From a virus (lineage: Duplodnaviria > Caudoviricetes): DNA of 59,782 nt. A program made the position numbers and the translations under genes. Shown one piece after another: positions 1 through 8,988 of this stretch. Location of the stretch: positions 1 to 59,782 of the IMG/VR virus record IMGVR_UViG_3300028840_006308. One strand, 5' to 3'. Position 1 is the first letter of the stretch, and every line of letters starts with the position of its first letter. Under the pieces are notes generated by a model. That model was given only the letters and a program-made list of their open reading frames with translations. It had not been told where the DNA came from and did not search any database.

Positions 1-144
1 ACTCCGCGTTGGCTCGCCAGCCGCGGTCGTTGCCTCCGGTCAAAAACGGCGAGTCGGGAATCTTCTCGAGCGCGGCCTCGTACTCGTCCTTCCAGCCGTT
101 GTCCTTCAGGCGAGCCGAGAGCAGCCGAGAGCGCTTCTGGCCGA
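1..144. repeat. Terminal direct repeat, copy 1 (circular assembly overlap)
   Basis: Bases 1-144 are identical to 59639-59782, giving a 59,638-bp circle. Confidence 0.97.
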
Positions 145-712
145 GGCTTTTAACGGCCGGAATCTTGCCTCCGGTTTTTGTGGCCATTGCGTTCCAGGCC
201 GTGACGAAATTTGCAACGGCGCCGGAGGGGGGATGGGCCGCGGCCTTCGGGCGCGGCGAGCGGGCTTTTCTCTTCCCCTCCCCTTCACCCTCACCTTCAC
301 CCTCACCTTCACCCTCACCCTCACACATCCCCGGTCGCTTTGTCGACTCTTGGCTCAGGTTTTGGTCAAGGTTTTCGTCATCGTCCTTCCACTTGATATT
401 ACCCTTACCCCTTACACCGGGTATAGTTATGCGTCCATCGGCGTCCACCTCAATCAAGCATTTTTGCTGCAAGTTTGATACATGCTTTTGGACGGACCTT
501 GTATCCATCCCGGTCAGGTCTTGTATAGCTCTTGTATCGTACCAGCTCGGCAGCCGTACTCTCCGCAGGTGGAACGCGTCCACCCACAGCATCATAAAGA
601 GGTACCTGGCGAGCGGTGGCAGGCTCCTAAATCGGGGATCTGTGCGTACAAAATGCGTTTCAATAATGGCATAAGGTGCATATTCTCGGCGCGATTTTCT
701 GTCGCTGCTCAC
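1..712 (-). CDS. Phage replication initiator, 5' part (continues across the junction to 59550; about 266 aa)
   Basis: Hand-translated; not in the ORF track. GTG at 712 after GAGGTG; MSSDRKSRREY..., EGEGEG linker, C-terminal SPFLTGGNDRGWRANAEWFLRPGNLEKILEGNYD typical of phage replication-initiator C-termini. Confidence 0.8.
   Translation of the reverse strand, partial: MSSDRKSRREYAPYAIIETHFVRTDPRFRSLPPLARYLFMMLWVDAFHLRRVRLPSWYDTRAIQDLTGMDTRSVQKHVSNLQQKCLIEVDADGRITIPGVRGKGNIKWKDDDENLDQNLSQESTKRPGMCEGEGEGEGEGEGEGEGKRKARSPRPKAAAHPPSGAVANFVTAWNAMATKTGGKIPAVKSLGQKRSRLLSARLKDNGWKDEYEAALEKIPDSPFLTGGNDRGWRANAE
277..324. repeat. Hexamer repeat (CCCTCA/CCTTCA)n encoding an (EG)n linker
   Basis: Read directly; lies in the linker of the initiator ORF. 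Confidence 0.85.
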
Positions 713-729
713 GGGGCCACCTCAAAGCC

Positions 730-838
730 GATAAGGCTGCCGACCGAGGCGACAGCACCTAATGCCAGGAGGCAAAAGGAACCCCGGTCGGCAACCCTAT
801 CTGCTCTGTTCACAAGTCCTCCTGGGCAAGGTGCTGTC
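730..838 (-). promoter_or_regulatory. Structured leader with interleaved inverted repeats upstream of the initiator gene
   Basis: 730-749 pairs with 782-801 (three G-U pairs on the - strand); 751-760 pairs with 829-838 and 765-772 with 818-825. Confidence 0.65.
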
Positions 839-883
839 AGGCTCAATTTAGCTCGCCTTCCGTCCCCCGTCAAGTCCGTTCGT

Positions 884-1207
884 TCAGAAAAGTCGGCCCC
901 CGATTACCAGCTTGTATTCCCACAGCCGGTCGCCATCTTTCTGGCGGCGCTTGGCCACCGGGAAGTACTTCCTCAGCTCGCGCATGCGCCGCAGGCCGCT
1001 CGTTGCGGGCCTCCCGCCCTTCCCGGCTATCGACCGAATCTGCTCGGCGTCGTGCCACTTGCCGTCGCACATGAGCGCAAGCACCCGCAGAGTGCTCTCG
1101 CCCAGCTCCACCATGTCCTCGACCGAAAGGATCCCCTCGCCCCCAAGGGACCGAATCTTCCTTAGTATCGAATAGCTCGTGCGTTCCTTCTCAACCGTAG
1201 CGCCCAC
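884..1207 (-). CDS. Putative winged-HTH DNA-binding protein
   Basis: GTG after GGAGG; RVLALMCDGKWH...GLRRMRELRK...WEYKL pattern. Start uncertain. Confidence 0.5.
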   Translation of the reverse strand: MGATVEKERTSYSILRKIRSLGGEGILSVEDMVELGESTLRVLALMCDGKWHDAEQIRSIAGKGGRPATSGLRRMRELRKYFPVAKRRQKDGDRLWEYKLVIGGRLF

Positions 1208-1286
1208 GATAACCTCCGTCCCCCCATTCGCAGTCTGTTGGTAGTGGAGGTGGGCCCTGCGCATCAAGGCGCAGGGCCCCCTGGTG

Positions 1287-1526
1287 TTACTCGCCGGGCT
1301 CGAACGCCGACTCGACCTCGAAGGACTCGATGCGGCAGACCTCCTCCTCATCCTTGCGGGTGAGGTGGATGAGCAAGCGGTCATCGTCGCGCTCGATTTC
1401 CTCGTCGTCGATTTCGTCGCCGTGTGCCGCCCCGACGTGCTGCAGAGCCGCGGCCAGGTTGTCGTAGACCCCCTGGTTCGCCGTGTGCCCCTTGACGTAG
1501 ACGTCCGTCACTATCCAGATGCGCAT
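1287..1526 (-). CDS. Hypothetical acidic protein
   Basis: MRIWIVTDVY..., RBS AAGGAG, tiles with neighbours. Confidence 0.6.
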   Translation of the reverse strand: MRIWIVTDVYVKGHTANQGVYDNLAAALQHVGAAHGDEIDDEEIERDDDRLLIHLTRKDEEEVCRIESFEVESAFEPGE

Positions 1527-1528
1527 GG

Positions 1529-1777
1529 CTACTCCTTCTCCGGGACACGGCCCTTCATGGAGACCTTCTTGCCGCACTTGGCGCAACGGTACTCCTTGAC
1601 AAGCGCTGCGCCGACGTAACCGGTGAGCACCGACCGCTTCTTGCGCTCCACCTGGTCCGAGCCGCAGTGCTCGCAGGTGACCATGACGCCCTTGTAGTGG
1701 TGCGTGGCGGGGTCGCCATAGGTTGAGCAACCCGTAGCCAGCACCCCCAGCAGGAACACTCCCATCAAAGTTCTCAT
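1529..1777 (-). CDS. Small lipoprotein with zinc ribbon
   Basis: Signal/lipobox VLATG-C; CEHC...CAKC. Confidence 0.6.
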   Translation of the reverse strand: MRTLMGVFLLGVLATGCSTYGDPATHHYKGVMVTCEHCGSDQVERKKRSVLTGYVGAALVKEYRCAKCGKKVSMKGRVPEKE

Positions 1778-1791
1778 ATTGCCTCCTCTCG

Positions 1792-2109
1792 TTAGACCGG
1801 CTGTGTGGGGTTCGGAACCGCGTCGGGGTCACCCCCCGAGGGCGGCGTGAGGTCGACGACCTCGGTCTCGTCGGGGCTTCCCGGCTTGGCATCCGGGTCG
1901 GCGGTCTTTTCGCCCTCATAACCCGAGGGCGCGTCGGCCGCTGCCTTCTCGATCTCGTCGAAGGCGTCCTCCACGATCTGGGCGATGTTGCCACCGGGCA
2001 CCTCGCCCAGCACGCCCTGGTTCTTGGATGCGAGCACGATGGGCTTCTTCTGCCTCGCGCCCCACATCAGGAAATCGCAAACCGCCTCGATCTTGTGCTT
2101 GGTCTCCAC
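1792..2109 (-). CDS. Hypothetical protein
   Basis: GTG after GAGGAGGAG; METKHKIEAV... Confidence 0.55.
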   Translation of the reverse strand: METKHKIEAVCDFLMWGARQKKPIVLASKNQGVLGEVPGGNIAQIVEDAFDEIEKAAADAPSGYEGEKTADPDAKPGSPDETEVVDLTPPSGGDPDAVPNPTQPV

Positions 2110-2120
2110 TTCTCCTCCTC

Positions 2121-2366
2121 TCAGAACTCCATTGAGTAGGCCATCTGCTGGAAGACATCCAGCCTGGCCATGAACGCCTTGTCCTTGGGGTCGGGCAACT
2201 GTTGCCCGGCCTCCCACCTCGCTATCGTAGAGCGCGACCGGTTGAAGTAGGCCCCCGCCTGCTCCTGGTTCATGCCCAGCGCCTTGCGCGCCTTGGCAAA
2301 CGCCGCACCGAAACCGCGCTGGGGAGTACCCTTCCTGCCGCGCAGGCGGCGGGTGAGCATCATCAC
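2121..2366 (-). CDS. XRE-family HTH regulator
   Basis: AKARKALGMNQEQAG...RSTIARWEAGQQLP. Confidence 0.85.
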   Translation of the reverse strand: MMMLTRRLRGRKGTPQRGFGAAFAKARKALGMNQEQAGAYFNRSRSTIARWEAGQQLPDPKDKAFMARLDVFQQMAYSMEF

Positions 2367-2893
2367 CGGTTGGATATCCTCTCGAGCGCACGAACCAGGG
2401 CCTGCTGTAAGAGGCAGGCGTCGGGCAAAGCCCGATGCACGGGCACCGGGTCCCCCACGCCGCTCATCTCGAGCAGTAGGCTGCTATCCCATCCGCAGTA
2501 ATGGAAGGGCCATTGCATGGCGGCCATGATCCGCTTCATAAAGGCCCACTCAAACTGGATGTTATCGCTCAGCAGGACCATGCTCTTCGTGGGGTTGCTG
2601 TATTCTTCCACCAGCTTAAATATAGAGGGGGCTATATCCGCGTCCTTTCTTCCCCGCAGTTGGATGTCCTCTACCTTTATGCCGTGTATCGCTGCCGCCT
2701 TGGAGTGCTCGGGGCGCCAGCCTCCCGCCTGCGAGGCCAAGGCGTCCCACAGAATGAGGTGTTGATATACGCCCTTCACCACAAAGTTGCTGTCGGTGAA
2801 CACGCACCCCACCTCGATGGGGTAGTCCTTCACGGTATCGACGCCCGTGGTTTCGAAATCGCAGATGCAGAAGGTTGTCCGCGGATCAATCAT
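2363..2893 (-). CDS. DEDDh 3'-5' exonuclease
   Basis: ExoI DFETTG; ExoIII HRALPDA; start at MIDPR. Confidence 0.85.
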   Translation of the reverse strand: MIDPRTTFCICDFETTGVDTVKDYPIEVGCVFTDSNFVVKGVYQHLILWDALASQAGGWRPEHSKAAAIHGIKVEDIQLRGRKDADIAPSIFKLVEEYSNPTKSMVLLSDNIQFEWAFMKRIMAAMQWPFHYCGWDSSLLLEMSGVGDPVPVHRALPDACLLQQALVRALERISNR

Positions 2894-3147
2894 ACCACAT
2901 CCTCCAGTTGGATGATCACGTAGCCCGGTCGAAGGCCCGGATGGCAATAAAGGATGTACCCGCAGCGCTTGAACTCCTCACGCCCGGTGTAGTCCTCGGT
3001 GCGGGGATCCCACTCGCGCAGGTGCAGCTCGTCGCCAGGCGAGAACTTCCGGTCGTCCTCGCGCAGCTCGAAGGTCTTCGTGCCGTCCAGCACGGCCTCG
3101 AAGTACTCCGGCCAGGTCTTGAGCTCGTGCGTCTTGGGCTCGCTCAT
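2890..3147 (-). CDS. ASCH/PUA-like (DUF3850-type) protein
   Basis: [33 protein letters not shown]. Confidence 0.85.
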   Translation of the reverse strand: MSEPKTHELKTWPEYFEAVLDGTKTFELREDDRKFSPGDELHLREWDPRTEDYTGREEFKRCGYILYCHPGLRPGYVIIQLEDVV

Positions 3148-3467
3148 CGCTTCTTACCCTTCAGCTTCTTGCGCATGGACGCCACGCGCTCGATGACCAT
3201 GGCCACCTGCCTGTCACGCTTATTATCCCACCAGGACTCGCGTCCAATGGCGATGCCTGCGGCTTGAGCCACATCCTCCAGGGCCTGGTGAAACTCCATG
3301 ACGAGCCCATCGCGAGACTCCATCGCATCCGCCAGCTCTTCGCGCGCCTTAAGCATGGCCTCCATGTACTCGTCGCATTCTTTCTTGAGGCGGTCTCGTT
3401 CTGCTATCAGCTCGTCTATCTTGGCTGCCCCCTGAACCATCAGCTCATTATCTTCGGCCTGCCCCAT
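3144..3467 (-). CDS. Hypothetical coiled-coil protein
   Basis: Tiling ORF with overlapping start/stop. Confidence 0.6.
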   Translation of the reverse strand: MGQAEDNELMVQGAAKIDELIAERDRLKKECDEYMEAMLKAREELADAMESRDGLVMEFHQALEDVAQAAGIAIGRESWWDNKRDRQVAMVIERVASMRKKLKGKKR

Positions 3468-3469
3468 GG

Positions 3470-3784
3470 CTAGCTCCTTTCCCGCAGCTCTTTGAGCATC
3501 TGCAGCTTCTCGGCCTCAAATGCCTTAAGGTCGATGTCGAAAAAGCGCGCCAGCAGCTCCTTGATGCCCCGCTCGCCAAGGCCGGGAAGCCATGCTTGGA
3601 GAGCACCGTCTTCATAGGTGGCCAGCTCAAACCGCTCCTCGCCAAGCCATTCTAGGAACCCGCCAATGGTACGCGAGGCACGGAGGTTGTCCTCAACCTT
3701 GCGGTGCTCGGGGTACCTGTCCTCCAGGAGCGCAGCCTTTTCCTCGGCGCTTATGCCATTTGCCATTCCGGCACCTCCTTCCAT
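3470..3784 (-). CDS. Hypothetical phage protein
   Basis: Tiling ORF; the true start may be the second Met. Confidence 0.6.
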   Translation of the reverse strand: MEGGAGMANGISAEEKAALLEDRYPEHRKVEDNLRASRTIGGFLEWLGEERFELATYEDGALQAWLPGLGERGIKELLARFFDIDLKAFEAEKLQMLKELRERS

Positions 3785-4458
3785 TCCTTCCCGAGCAGCC
3801 TCGGGTCGTTTTCCTTAGATGCGGAGCCCCATCCCTTGAAGAAGAAGGGAACTCCGGGGTTTGCGCATTGTGCGCAGAGATCTTCGGCCCAGCGGCGCTC
3901 CATGGGACGTGCGCCGGGGCCATTCTCGCCTCCGACGATAACCCAGGCGCGCTTGCCAAGCCGCAGGAACTCCTCCGGAAGCTCGAGAGGCCCCAAGAGG
4001 GGCTCGATGCTCAGGAAGAGAACCGGCGCCTTGATTTCGATCAGGTCGTAGACCTTGTAAACCTCGTCCTGGTTGCAAACCGTTACCCCCGGCCAGACGT
4101 TGCCCAGGGTGTACCATGCAGGCCAGCTGCGCTTGGCCCTTGCCGAGCGCTTTGTGAGCGGCAAGTAGACGTGCCGCCCATAGGCCGCGAAGTAATGGAA
4201 CGCCTTTTCTATGAAGGCATCGGTCACGTCCATGTGGAACAGGTCGCTCCACACGGCCCAGGCCGCGGGCTTCTTGCGCTTGCCGGGAAGCGTGAGCCGG
4301 TCCTCGCGGACGGTCACCGCGGCTGCCTCACCGCCCTTGAAGCGCTTCTCCATGGCCTTAAGCCAGCAGTGGGCGCAGCCCGGCGAGCAACGCGTGCAGC
4401 CCTCGACCAAGGTCAGGGCCTTGTCCCACCAGAGGCGCTTGTCGATGCGGTCGAACAT
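3751..4458 (-). CDS. Gp37Gp68/DUF5131-family radical-SAM-like phage protein
   Basis: GCTRCSPGCAHCW, SDLFH, LTKR, FLSIEPLLG, WVIVGGENGPGARPM, VPFFFKGWG. Confidence 0.88.
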   Translation of the reverse strand: MFDRIDKRLWWDKALTLVEGCTRCSPGCAHCWLKAMEKRFKGGEAAAVTVREDRLTLPGKRKKPAAWAVWSDLFHMDVTDAFIEKAFHYFAAYGRHVYLPLTKRSARAKRSWPAWYTLGNVWPGVTVCNQDEVYKVYDLIEIKAPVLFLSIEPLLGPLELPEEFLRLGKRAWVIVGGENGPGARPMERRWAEDLCAQCANPGVPFFFKGWGSASKENDPRLLGKEWKEVPEWQMA

Positions 4459-4584
4459 CAGGCCATCACCAGGCAGCCCAGGGCCCAGGCCAAGGGCACG
4501 AGGATGACCGCGCCGAAAAGGGCGGCGTCCTTCCAGCTCCACGTCACCGGATTCACATCGCTGGGACCACGGAAAGTCAGTCGG

Positions 4585-5028
4585 TTAGGCACAGGGCGTC
4601 TCCTTTCGCACAGGCCATACGTATGGCAGGTCGGCCCGCAGCTTGGGCCAGAACCGCCGATAGTGCTTGGGGTTTTTCCGGAGCAGGTTGCTGCGATGGC
4701 CCTCGTGGAATCGGCGCTTGCCGAGCCAGGGTGGCGCCTCCACGCCCAGGTGCTTTCGGGTGCGACGAAACATCTCGATCAGCTTGCAGCGACAGCCATC
4801 GCGGTATCCGCGGCGGATCCATTCCCGGCAGATGACCATGGCATAGCGCCAGAGATGTAGCTCGTAACCCTTCCACATGAGCACCGCAGGGTGGTTGCGC
4901 CATCCCTTTGTCTTTCCGGTCAGGACTCGCAGTATTTGCAGGCACTCGACACGCTGCTTGCCCAGGCGCTGGCGGTCCAGCACCCGGGCGCAGCGCTCGA
5001 AGTCGGGATAGGGGAGGAAGGTCTGCAT
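4585..5028 (-). CDS. Pyrimidine-dimer DNA glycosylase/endonuclease V-like (MSMEG_6728-type) protein
   Basis: MQTFLPY...LDRQRLGKQRVECLQIL...HPAVLMWKGY...HRSNLLRK. Confidence 0.85.
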   Translation of the reverse strand: MQTFLPYPDFERCARVLDRQRLGKQRVECLQILRVLTGKTKGWRNHPAVLMWKGYELHLWRYAMVICREWIRRGYRDGCRCKLIEMFRRTRKHLGVEAPPWLGKRRFHEGHRSNLLRKNPKHYRRFWPKLRADLPYVWPVRKETPCA

Positions 5029-5030
5029 GG

Positions 5031-5633
5031 CTACTTGCCGAGGGCCTTTTGAACGGTCTTGATGGCGCGCAGCATGCCGCTTCGGCCCGCGCGCTCCATC
5101 ATCCAGTCGTAGTAGTCGGCCAGGGTCTTGCCGTCGAAGCTGGGGTGGGGCAGCTTGGTCATCTCGTCGCGCCGCGCCGCGCACCACTCGCGCCCTTCGG
5201 CTATCTTGGCCATCTCTTTCTTCTCGCGCGCCTCCCGGCGCAGGGCGTTGACCTTGCGGTTGACCGCCTTCTTCATGCCCGCGTCCCCGGTCTTGCCAAC
5301 GCAGGTGCTGCCAACGTCGAACTCGTTACCGTCCGCCGAGCGGATGATGAAGACATGAGCGATGCCCTCGCCGCAGTACTTGCAGACGCCCATGGGCTGC
5401 CCGGGGGAGCCCGCCGTGTGGGTTACGCCGCCCTTGACGGAGATGACCTTGGGGCCTACGTCGTAGCGGTAGCCGACGACGCGGAAGGGGGCCTTACCAA
5501 GCCCCGCCTCCTCGAACTTGTGGAGCTTTTCGTCGGCGCGCTTCTCCAAGGCGCGAACAATAGCGGCGGCCTGTTCGGCCTGCTCGTTGGCCGCGATGTA
5601 CTCGGCGGCGCGATCCCGTTCCTGCGGGCTCAT
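5031..5633 (-). CDS. Hypothetical zinc-binding phage protein
   Basis: GVCKYCGEGI...VGSTCV. Confidence 0.6.
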   Translation of the reverse strand: MSPQERDRAAEYIAANEQAEQAAAIVRALEKRADEKLHKFEEAGLGKAPFRVVGYRYDVGPKVISVKGGVTHTAGSPGQPMGVCKYCGEGIAHVFIIRSADGNEFDVGSTCVGKTGDAGMKKAVNRKVNALRREAREKKEMAKIAEGREWCAARRDEMTKLPHPSFDGKTLADYYDWMMERAGRSGMLRAIKTVQKALGK

Positions 5634-5887
5634 GCCACACCCGCCTTCTCGATGGCCCTACGGAGCTTCATGCCGCGTTCGTGCTGGTCCGTGCCGGGCT
5701 CGCAGTCGCAGAGCCAATCGGCGGCCTCGACCGCCGCCGCTAGCAGCACCGGCTCCGCCGCGAGCTCCTTCGCCACCTCGAACGCGCCCTTGCCCTCTAC
5801 CTTCACGAGAACGTCGGGTCTTGCCATGTCCGTCAACTCGTAACCGTGCGTCACCGCCGATACCAGCCAGCCTTGTTCCGTCTTCAT
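5630..5887 (-). CDS. Hypothetical protein, first gene of the leftward operon
   Basis: ATG at 5887 (MKTEQGW) after GGAG. Confidence 0.55.
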   Translation of the reverse strand: MKTEQGWLVSAVTHGYELTDMARPDVLVKVEGKGAFEVAKELAAEPVLLAAAVEAADWLCDCEPGTDQHERGMKLRRAIEKAGVA

Positions 5888-5902
5888 TGCTCCAGCCCCT
5901 TC

Positions 5903-6018
5903 AAAGCAACGGCGCGAGACGAGAACTCCGGGCTGGCAGAGTGCACCGTTGCGGTGCTTCGCATCTCGTCTCGCGCCTGAAAAATCCATTGTCTCTGCCA
6001 GCCCTTTCGTGTTGCCTT
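5903..6018 (-). promoter_or_regulatory. Structured 5' leader with interleaved perfect inverted repeats
   Basis: 5911-5924/5964-5977 (14 bp) and 5930-5941/5993-6004 (12 bp); outer stem 5903-5910/6011-6018. Confidence 0.65.
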
Positions 6019-6026
6019 TCACCAGT

Positions 6027-6055
6027 AATATACGGCCAGGGCGCTACAAATTCAA
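6027..6055 (-). promoter_or_regulatory. Sigma70-type promoter, leftward
   Basis: TTGAAT-17 nt-TATATT. Confidence 0.6.
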
Positions 6056-6180
6056 GACAAAAAACGCGAAAATTGAGCGCTCCATAAACCCTTGGCGTGT
6101 CGGGGGTTTGTGGGATGCCCTGGGGTGGGCCGAAACGGGCTGACGCTACACTTTTGGCCCCTTGCGCCCGACGTAACCCC

Positions 6181-6209
6181 TTGACGGCCAAGGGCCGAGT
6201 CCGTATAGT
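6181..6209 (+). promoter_or_regulatory. Sigma70-type promoter, rightward (divergent control region)
   Basis: TTGACG-17 nt-TATAGT. Confidence 0.7.
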
Positions 6210-6335
6210 TGGGAGCACATGGCGCTATCCATTGAGAGGCACCGTTGAAACGAAAAGCTCAACCAACAACGCATACCGCAAGCGGGGGGCAGGGGCCCAA
6301 GGGTCCCTCGTGGAATTCCTGAAAGGAGGCAGCGC

Positions 6336-8204
6336 GTGTCCGACCTACAAGCGGAGCTCATGAAGGCCGTCAAGAAGGAAATGCGAACGACGGCGAAGCA
6401 GGAGGTGCAAAAGGCCGCGCGAGACGCGGTGGAACCCAAGGGCGAGGGCCTTGACGACGACGAGCTGGAGGCGCTGGAGGCCGAGCTCACGGCGGCCGAC
6501 CGCCTGCTTGCGCCCATCGAGGATTACCGGGCCCTATCGGTAATCTCGGGCAAGTCGGTGAGGTGGCTCGCCACCAAGGCCATCGACCCATACAAGTGCA
6601 CGCTGGAGGTCGACCGCCGGGCACCGAAGATCCACAACGGCATAAAGATCAAGACCGGACTCCTGCGCGACTGGAAATTCCAGTGGCCGTTCGACGTCGA
6701 GCGCGTGAAGGAGCGCCTGGAGGAAGAGCTCGGCGGCGAGGAGTACGTCTTCTACCTGCGCGTCGACGGCAAGCCGCTCCGCAGCTGGCCGGTCACCTTC
6801 GACGCCGAGCCGAAGAACCCGCCGACGAATCGCAAGCAGGCGGTCGGCCCCTTCGGCAAGGAGGGCGATCCGCTGGAGAAGGCCCGCAAGGAGGAGGAGA
6901 AGAAGGCCGAGCTCCTGGAGGCGCGCAAGCGCCGCATGCAGATAGAGCGGGAAATAGAGAAGGAGAACCCCGAGCCCGACGACGGAGAGGGCCTCGAGAT
7001 TCCAACCGACATGATCACGCGCGAGGAGGCGGAGGCAATCGCCGCGGACAAACTCGAGAAAGAGCGCCTCGTCAACCGCATGGAGCGAATGCAGATAGAG
7101 AGCGACCGCAAGTTCGAGGCGCTCATGTCGGAGCTGCGGTCCGAGCGCAATAACGGAGGCAGCAGCGAGGTTTTGGTCCAAGCAATCAACCAATCCAGCC
7201 AAAATATGATGGAAGGCCTCAAGCTCGTGGTATCCAACATCGGGACGCAACTTACCTCCGTTCAACAGAATAGCTCCTCTCAATTCGACAACATGCTCAA
7301 GCTCATGCAGTTGTCTCAGGAGAGCTCGAACAAGACCGCGGCGGCCCAGGCCGATGGGAAGGCGCGCGAGACGGATCTGCTACTGCAGCTCGTCACCCAG
7401 AAGTCGGAGAACCAACAGCTGAACGCCGACAGGCAGATGGAGCTGATGCGTATGGGCATGGAGTACGCCGCGCAGTTTGGTGGCGGCGGCGGCAAGGGCG
7501 GCGACCTCGACTGGGCCAACGATGCCGCCGGGACGCTGGTCAAGGTCATCACCGCGAACCTCGCCAAGGACAAGGCCACAGAGGCGGCGGCTGGTGGACA
7601 GCCGGGTGCGCTTCCGGCACCGCAGGAAATAGACGAGGCGCAGGTGAACGCGGCAGCCCAGGAGATAGCCCAGCGCGCGGTAGCGAAACTACGCCGCCAG
7701 GCCCAGCTCCGCAAAGACGCAATCGCGGCGGCGGCAGGTGAGGCGCCTTCCGGAAGTGCTCAGCAGGATGCGGCTACTGTGGACAACCCCCCCCAAACAT
7801 CCCCAGCACAGCCCGCACAACCCGCAGGCGCGGCGGCAGCGCCTGCAGCTCCGGGTGCCCCGGCACAGCCCGCTGGCACACAGGAAACCGCTGGCGGCCA
7901 GGGGTATGCGGTGTTCGTCGCCAAGATGACGGGGCTGCTAAACCACGAGCTCGCCGAGCGCCCGGTCGAGTCCCGCTTTGTTAGCGAGGTGATGGGCGGA
8001 CCGCCCGAGATTCGCCAGCGGGTGGCCGCGGTGCAGAGCATCACCGACCTCATGGACATCGCGGCACCGCACGTAAACCCCGAGCTTATCGGGGAGATAG
8101 GCTCGAAACTCATCGACGAGAAGGCCCAGAACTGGCTCACGCGCAGCATCGTAGAAATCAAGGAGGCCTGCGGGGTTTCCGTAGAGCCCCAGGAGGGGGT
8201 GTAG
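6336..8204 (+). CDS. Large coiled-coil protein of unknown function
   Basis: 622 aa; strong RBS GAAAGGAGG; E/K coiled coil, M/Q-rich and A/P/Q-rich segments. Confidence 0.8.
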   Translation: MSDLQAELMKAVKKEMRTTAKQEVQKAARDAVEPKGEGLDDDELEALEAELTAADRLLAPIEDYRALSVISGKSVRWLATKAIDPYKCTLEVDRRAPKIHNGIKIKTGLLRDWKFQWPFDVERVKERLEEELGGEEYVFYLRVDGKPLRSWPVTFDAEPKNPPTNRKQAVGPFGKEGDPLEKARKEEEKKAELLEARKRRMQIEREIEKENPEPDDGEGLEIPTDMITREEAEAIAADKLEKERLVNRMERMQIESDRKFEALMSELRSERNNGGSSEVLVQAINQSSQNMMEGLKLVVSNIGTQLTSVQQNSSSQFDNMLKLMQLSQESSNKTAAAQADGKARETDLLLQLVTQKSENQQLNADRQMELMRMGMEYAAQFGGGGGKGGDLDWANDAAGTLVKVITANLAKDKATEAAAGGQPGALPAPQEIDEAQVNAAAQEIAQRAVAKLRRQAQLRKDAIAAAAGEAPSGSAQQDAATVDNPPQTSPAQPAQPAGAAAAPAAPGAPAQPAGTQETAGGQGYAVFVAKMTGLLNHELAERPVESRFVSEVMGGPPEIRQRVAAVQSITDLMDIAAPHVNPELIGEIGSKLIDEKAQNWLTRSIVEIKEACGVSVEPQEGV

Positions 8205-8205
8205 C

Positions 8206-8628
8206 ATGACCGACCAGAACAACCAGGCCGCAGGCGCCGCGGGCGAGATCGTGGGCCAGCTGGCCAAAGCCGTAGCCGGTCGCATGATGGGCGACATCCC
8301 CGAGGAGGACAAGGCGGGCATCCTGCAGGACTACACCGAGGAGATAGGCACCTTCAACTTCCTCGTGGGGCACCTGGTCAACACCATGGAGCGGTTCGCC
8401 GTGTACGAGGAGGACTATCGGTGCCGGTCCCTGGTTGACTACATCAAGCTCTGGAACCGGGCCGTGCGCGATGAGGCCTCCGAACGCGACAAGGCCATCG
8501 CCGATGCCGAGGCCGCCCAGGGGCAGGAAGATGCGGAGGCCGCGGTCGACGATGGGCCCCACGAGCCCGAAGATGGCGAAGAAAGCGCGGGAGAGGTCAT
8601 CGAGGCCGACTTCCGCGTGGAAAAGTAG
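8206..8628 (+). CDS. Hypothetical acidic protein
   Basis: Follows 6336-8204 directly. Confidence 0.7.
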   Translation: MTDQNNQAAGAAGEIVGQLAKAVAGRMMGDIPEEDKAGILQDYTEEIGTFNFLVGHLVNTMERFAVYEEDYRCRSLVDYIKLWNRAVRDEASERDKAIADAEAAQGQEDAEAAVDDGPHEPEDGEESAGEVIEADFRVEK

Positions 8629-8639
8629 GCATTGCGGGC

Positions 8640-8669
8640 TTGACTTAAGGAACTGTCAACGATTATAAT
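8640..8669 (+). promoter_or_regulatory. Sigma70-type promoter with overlapping TTGAC-N10-GTCAA palindrome
   Basis: TTGACT (8640)-18 nt-TATAAT (8664); GTCAA at 8655-8659. Confidence 0.75.
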
Positions 8670-8763
8670 AGCAGTGCATTGAAAAGGGGACTAGGGGAGG
8701 CCGGGTACTCGTTCGCGGCTCCGGCCTCCCTGATTAGGCTTCGGGGGAAGCGGCCTATGCCTG

Positions 8764-8988
8764 GTGACTAGCGGATACCGCGCGATACGCTGTAAAGCCT
8801 GTAATAGATCCCTCTTCCGCGTTCACGCGGGAGAGGGTTTCATTTCCCTGTCGATCAAGTGTCCCTCGTGCAAGGCCAAAGAGCACATCACCATCCGGGA
8901 CTTTACCCCCACAACCGAGCGAATGAACCCAACAGGAGAAGGCGATGTCCTTCCTCGAATCCATTCCTGCGGGGCGGCCGGGAACTAG
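8764..8988 (+). CDS. Mu Com-like zinc-finger protein
   Basis: IRCKACNRSLF...IKCPSCK resembles the Com pattern IRCxxCxxLL...IxCPxC; overlaps the start of the next gene. Confidence 0.7.
   Translation: MTSGYRAIRCKACNRSLFRVHAGEGFISLSIKCPSCKAKEHITIRDFTPTTERMNPTGEGDVLPRIHSCGAAGN

Noticed and set aside
1-144. Biological terminal repeat of a linear genome
   Set aside because: It falls mid-gene and is most simply an assembler overlap; it cannot be fully excluded without reads.
9-674. + strand ORF with (SP)n repeat
   Set aside because: Antisense shadow of the - strand initiator gene, which has the recognisable motifs and an RBS.
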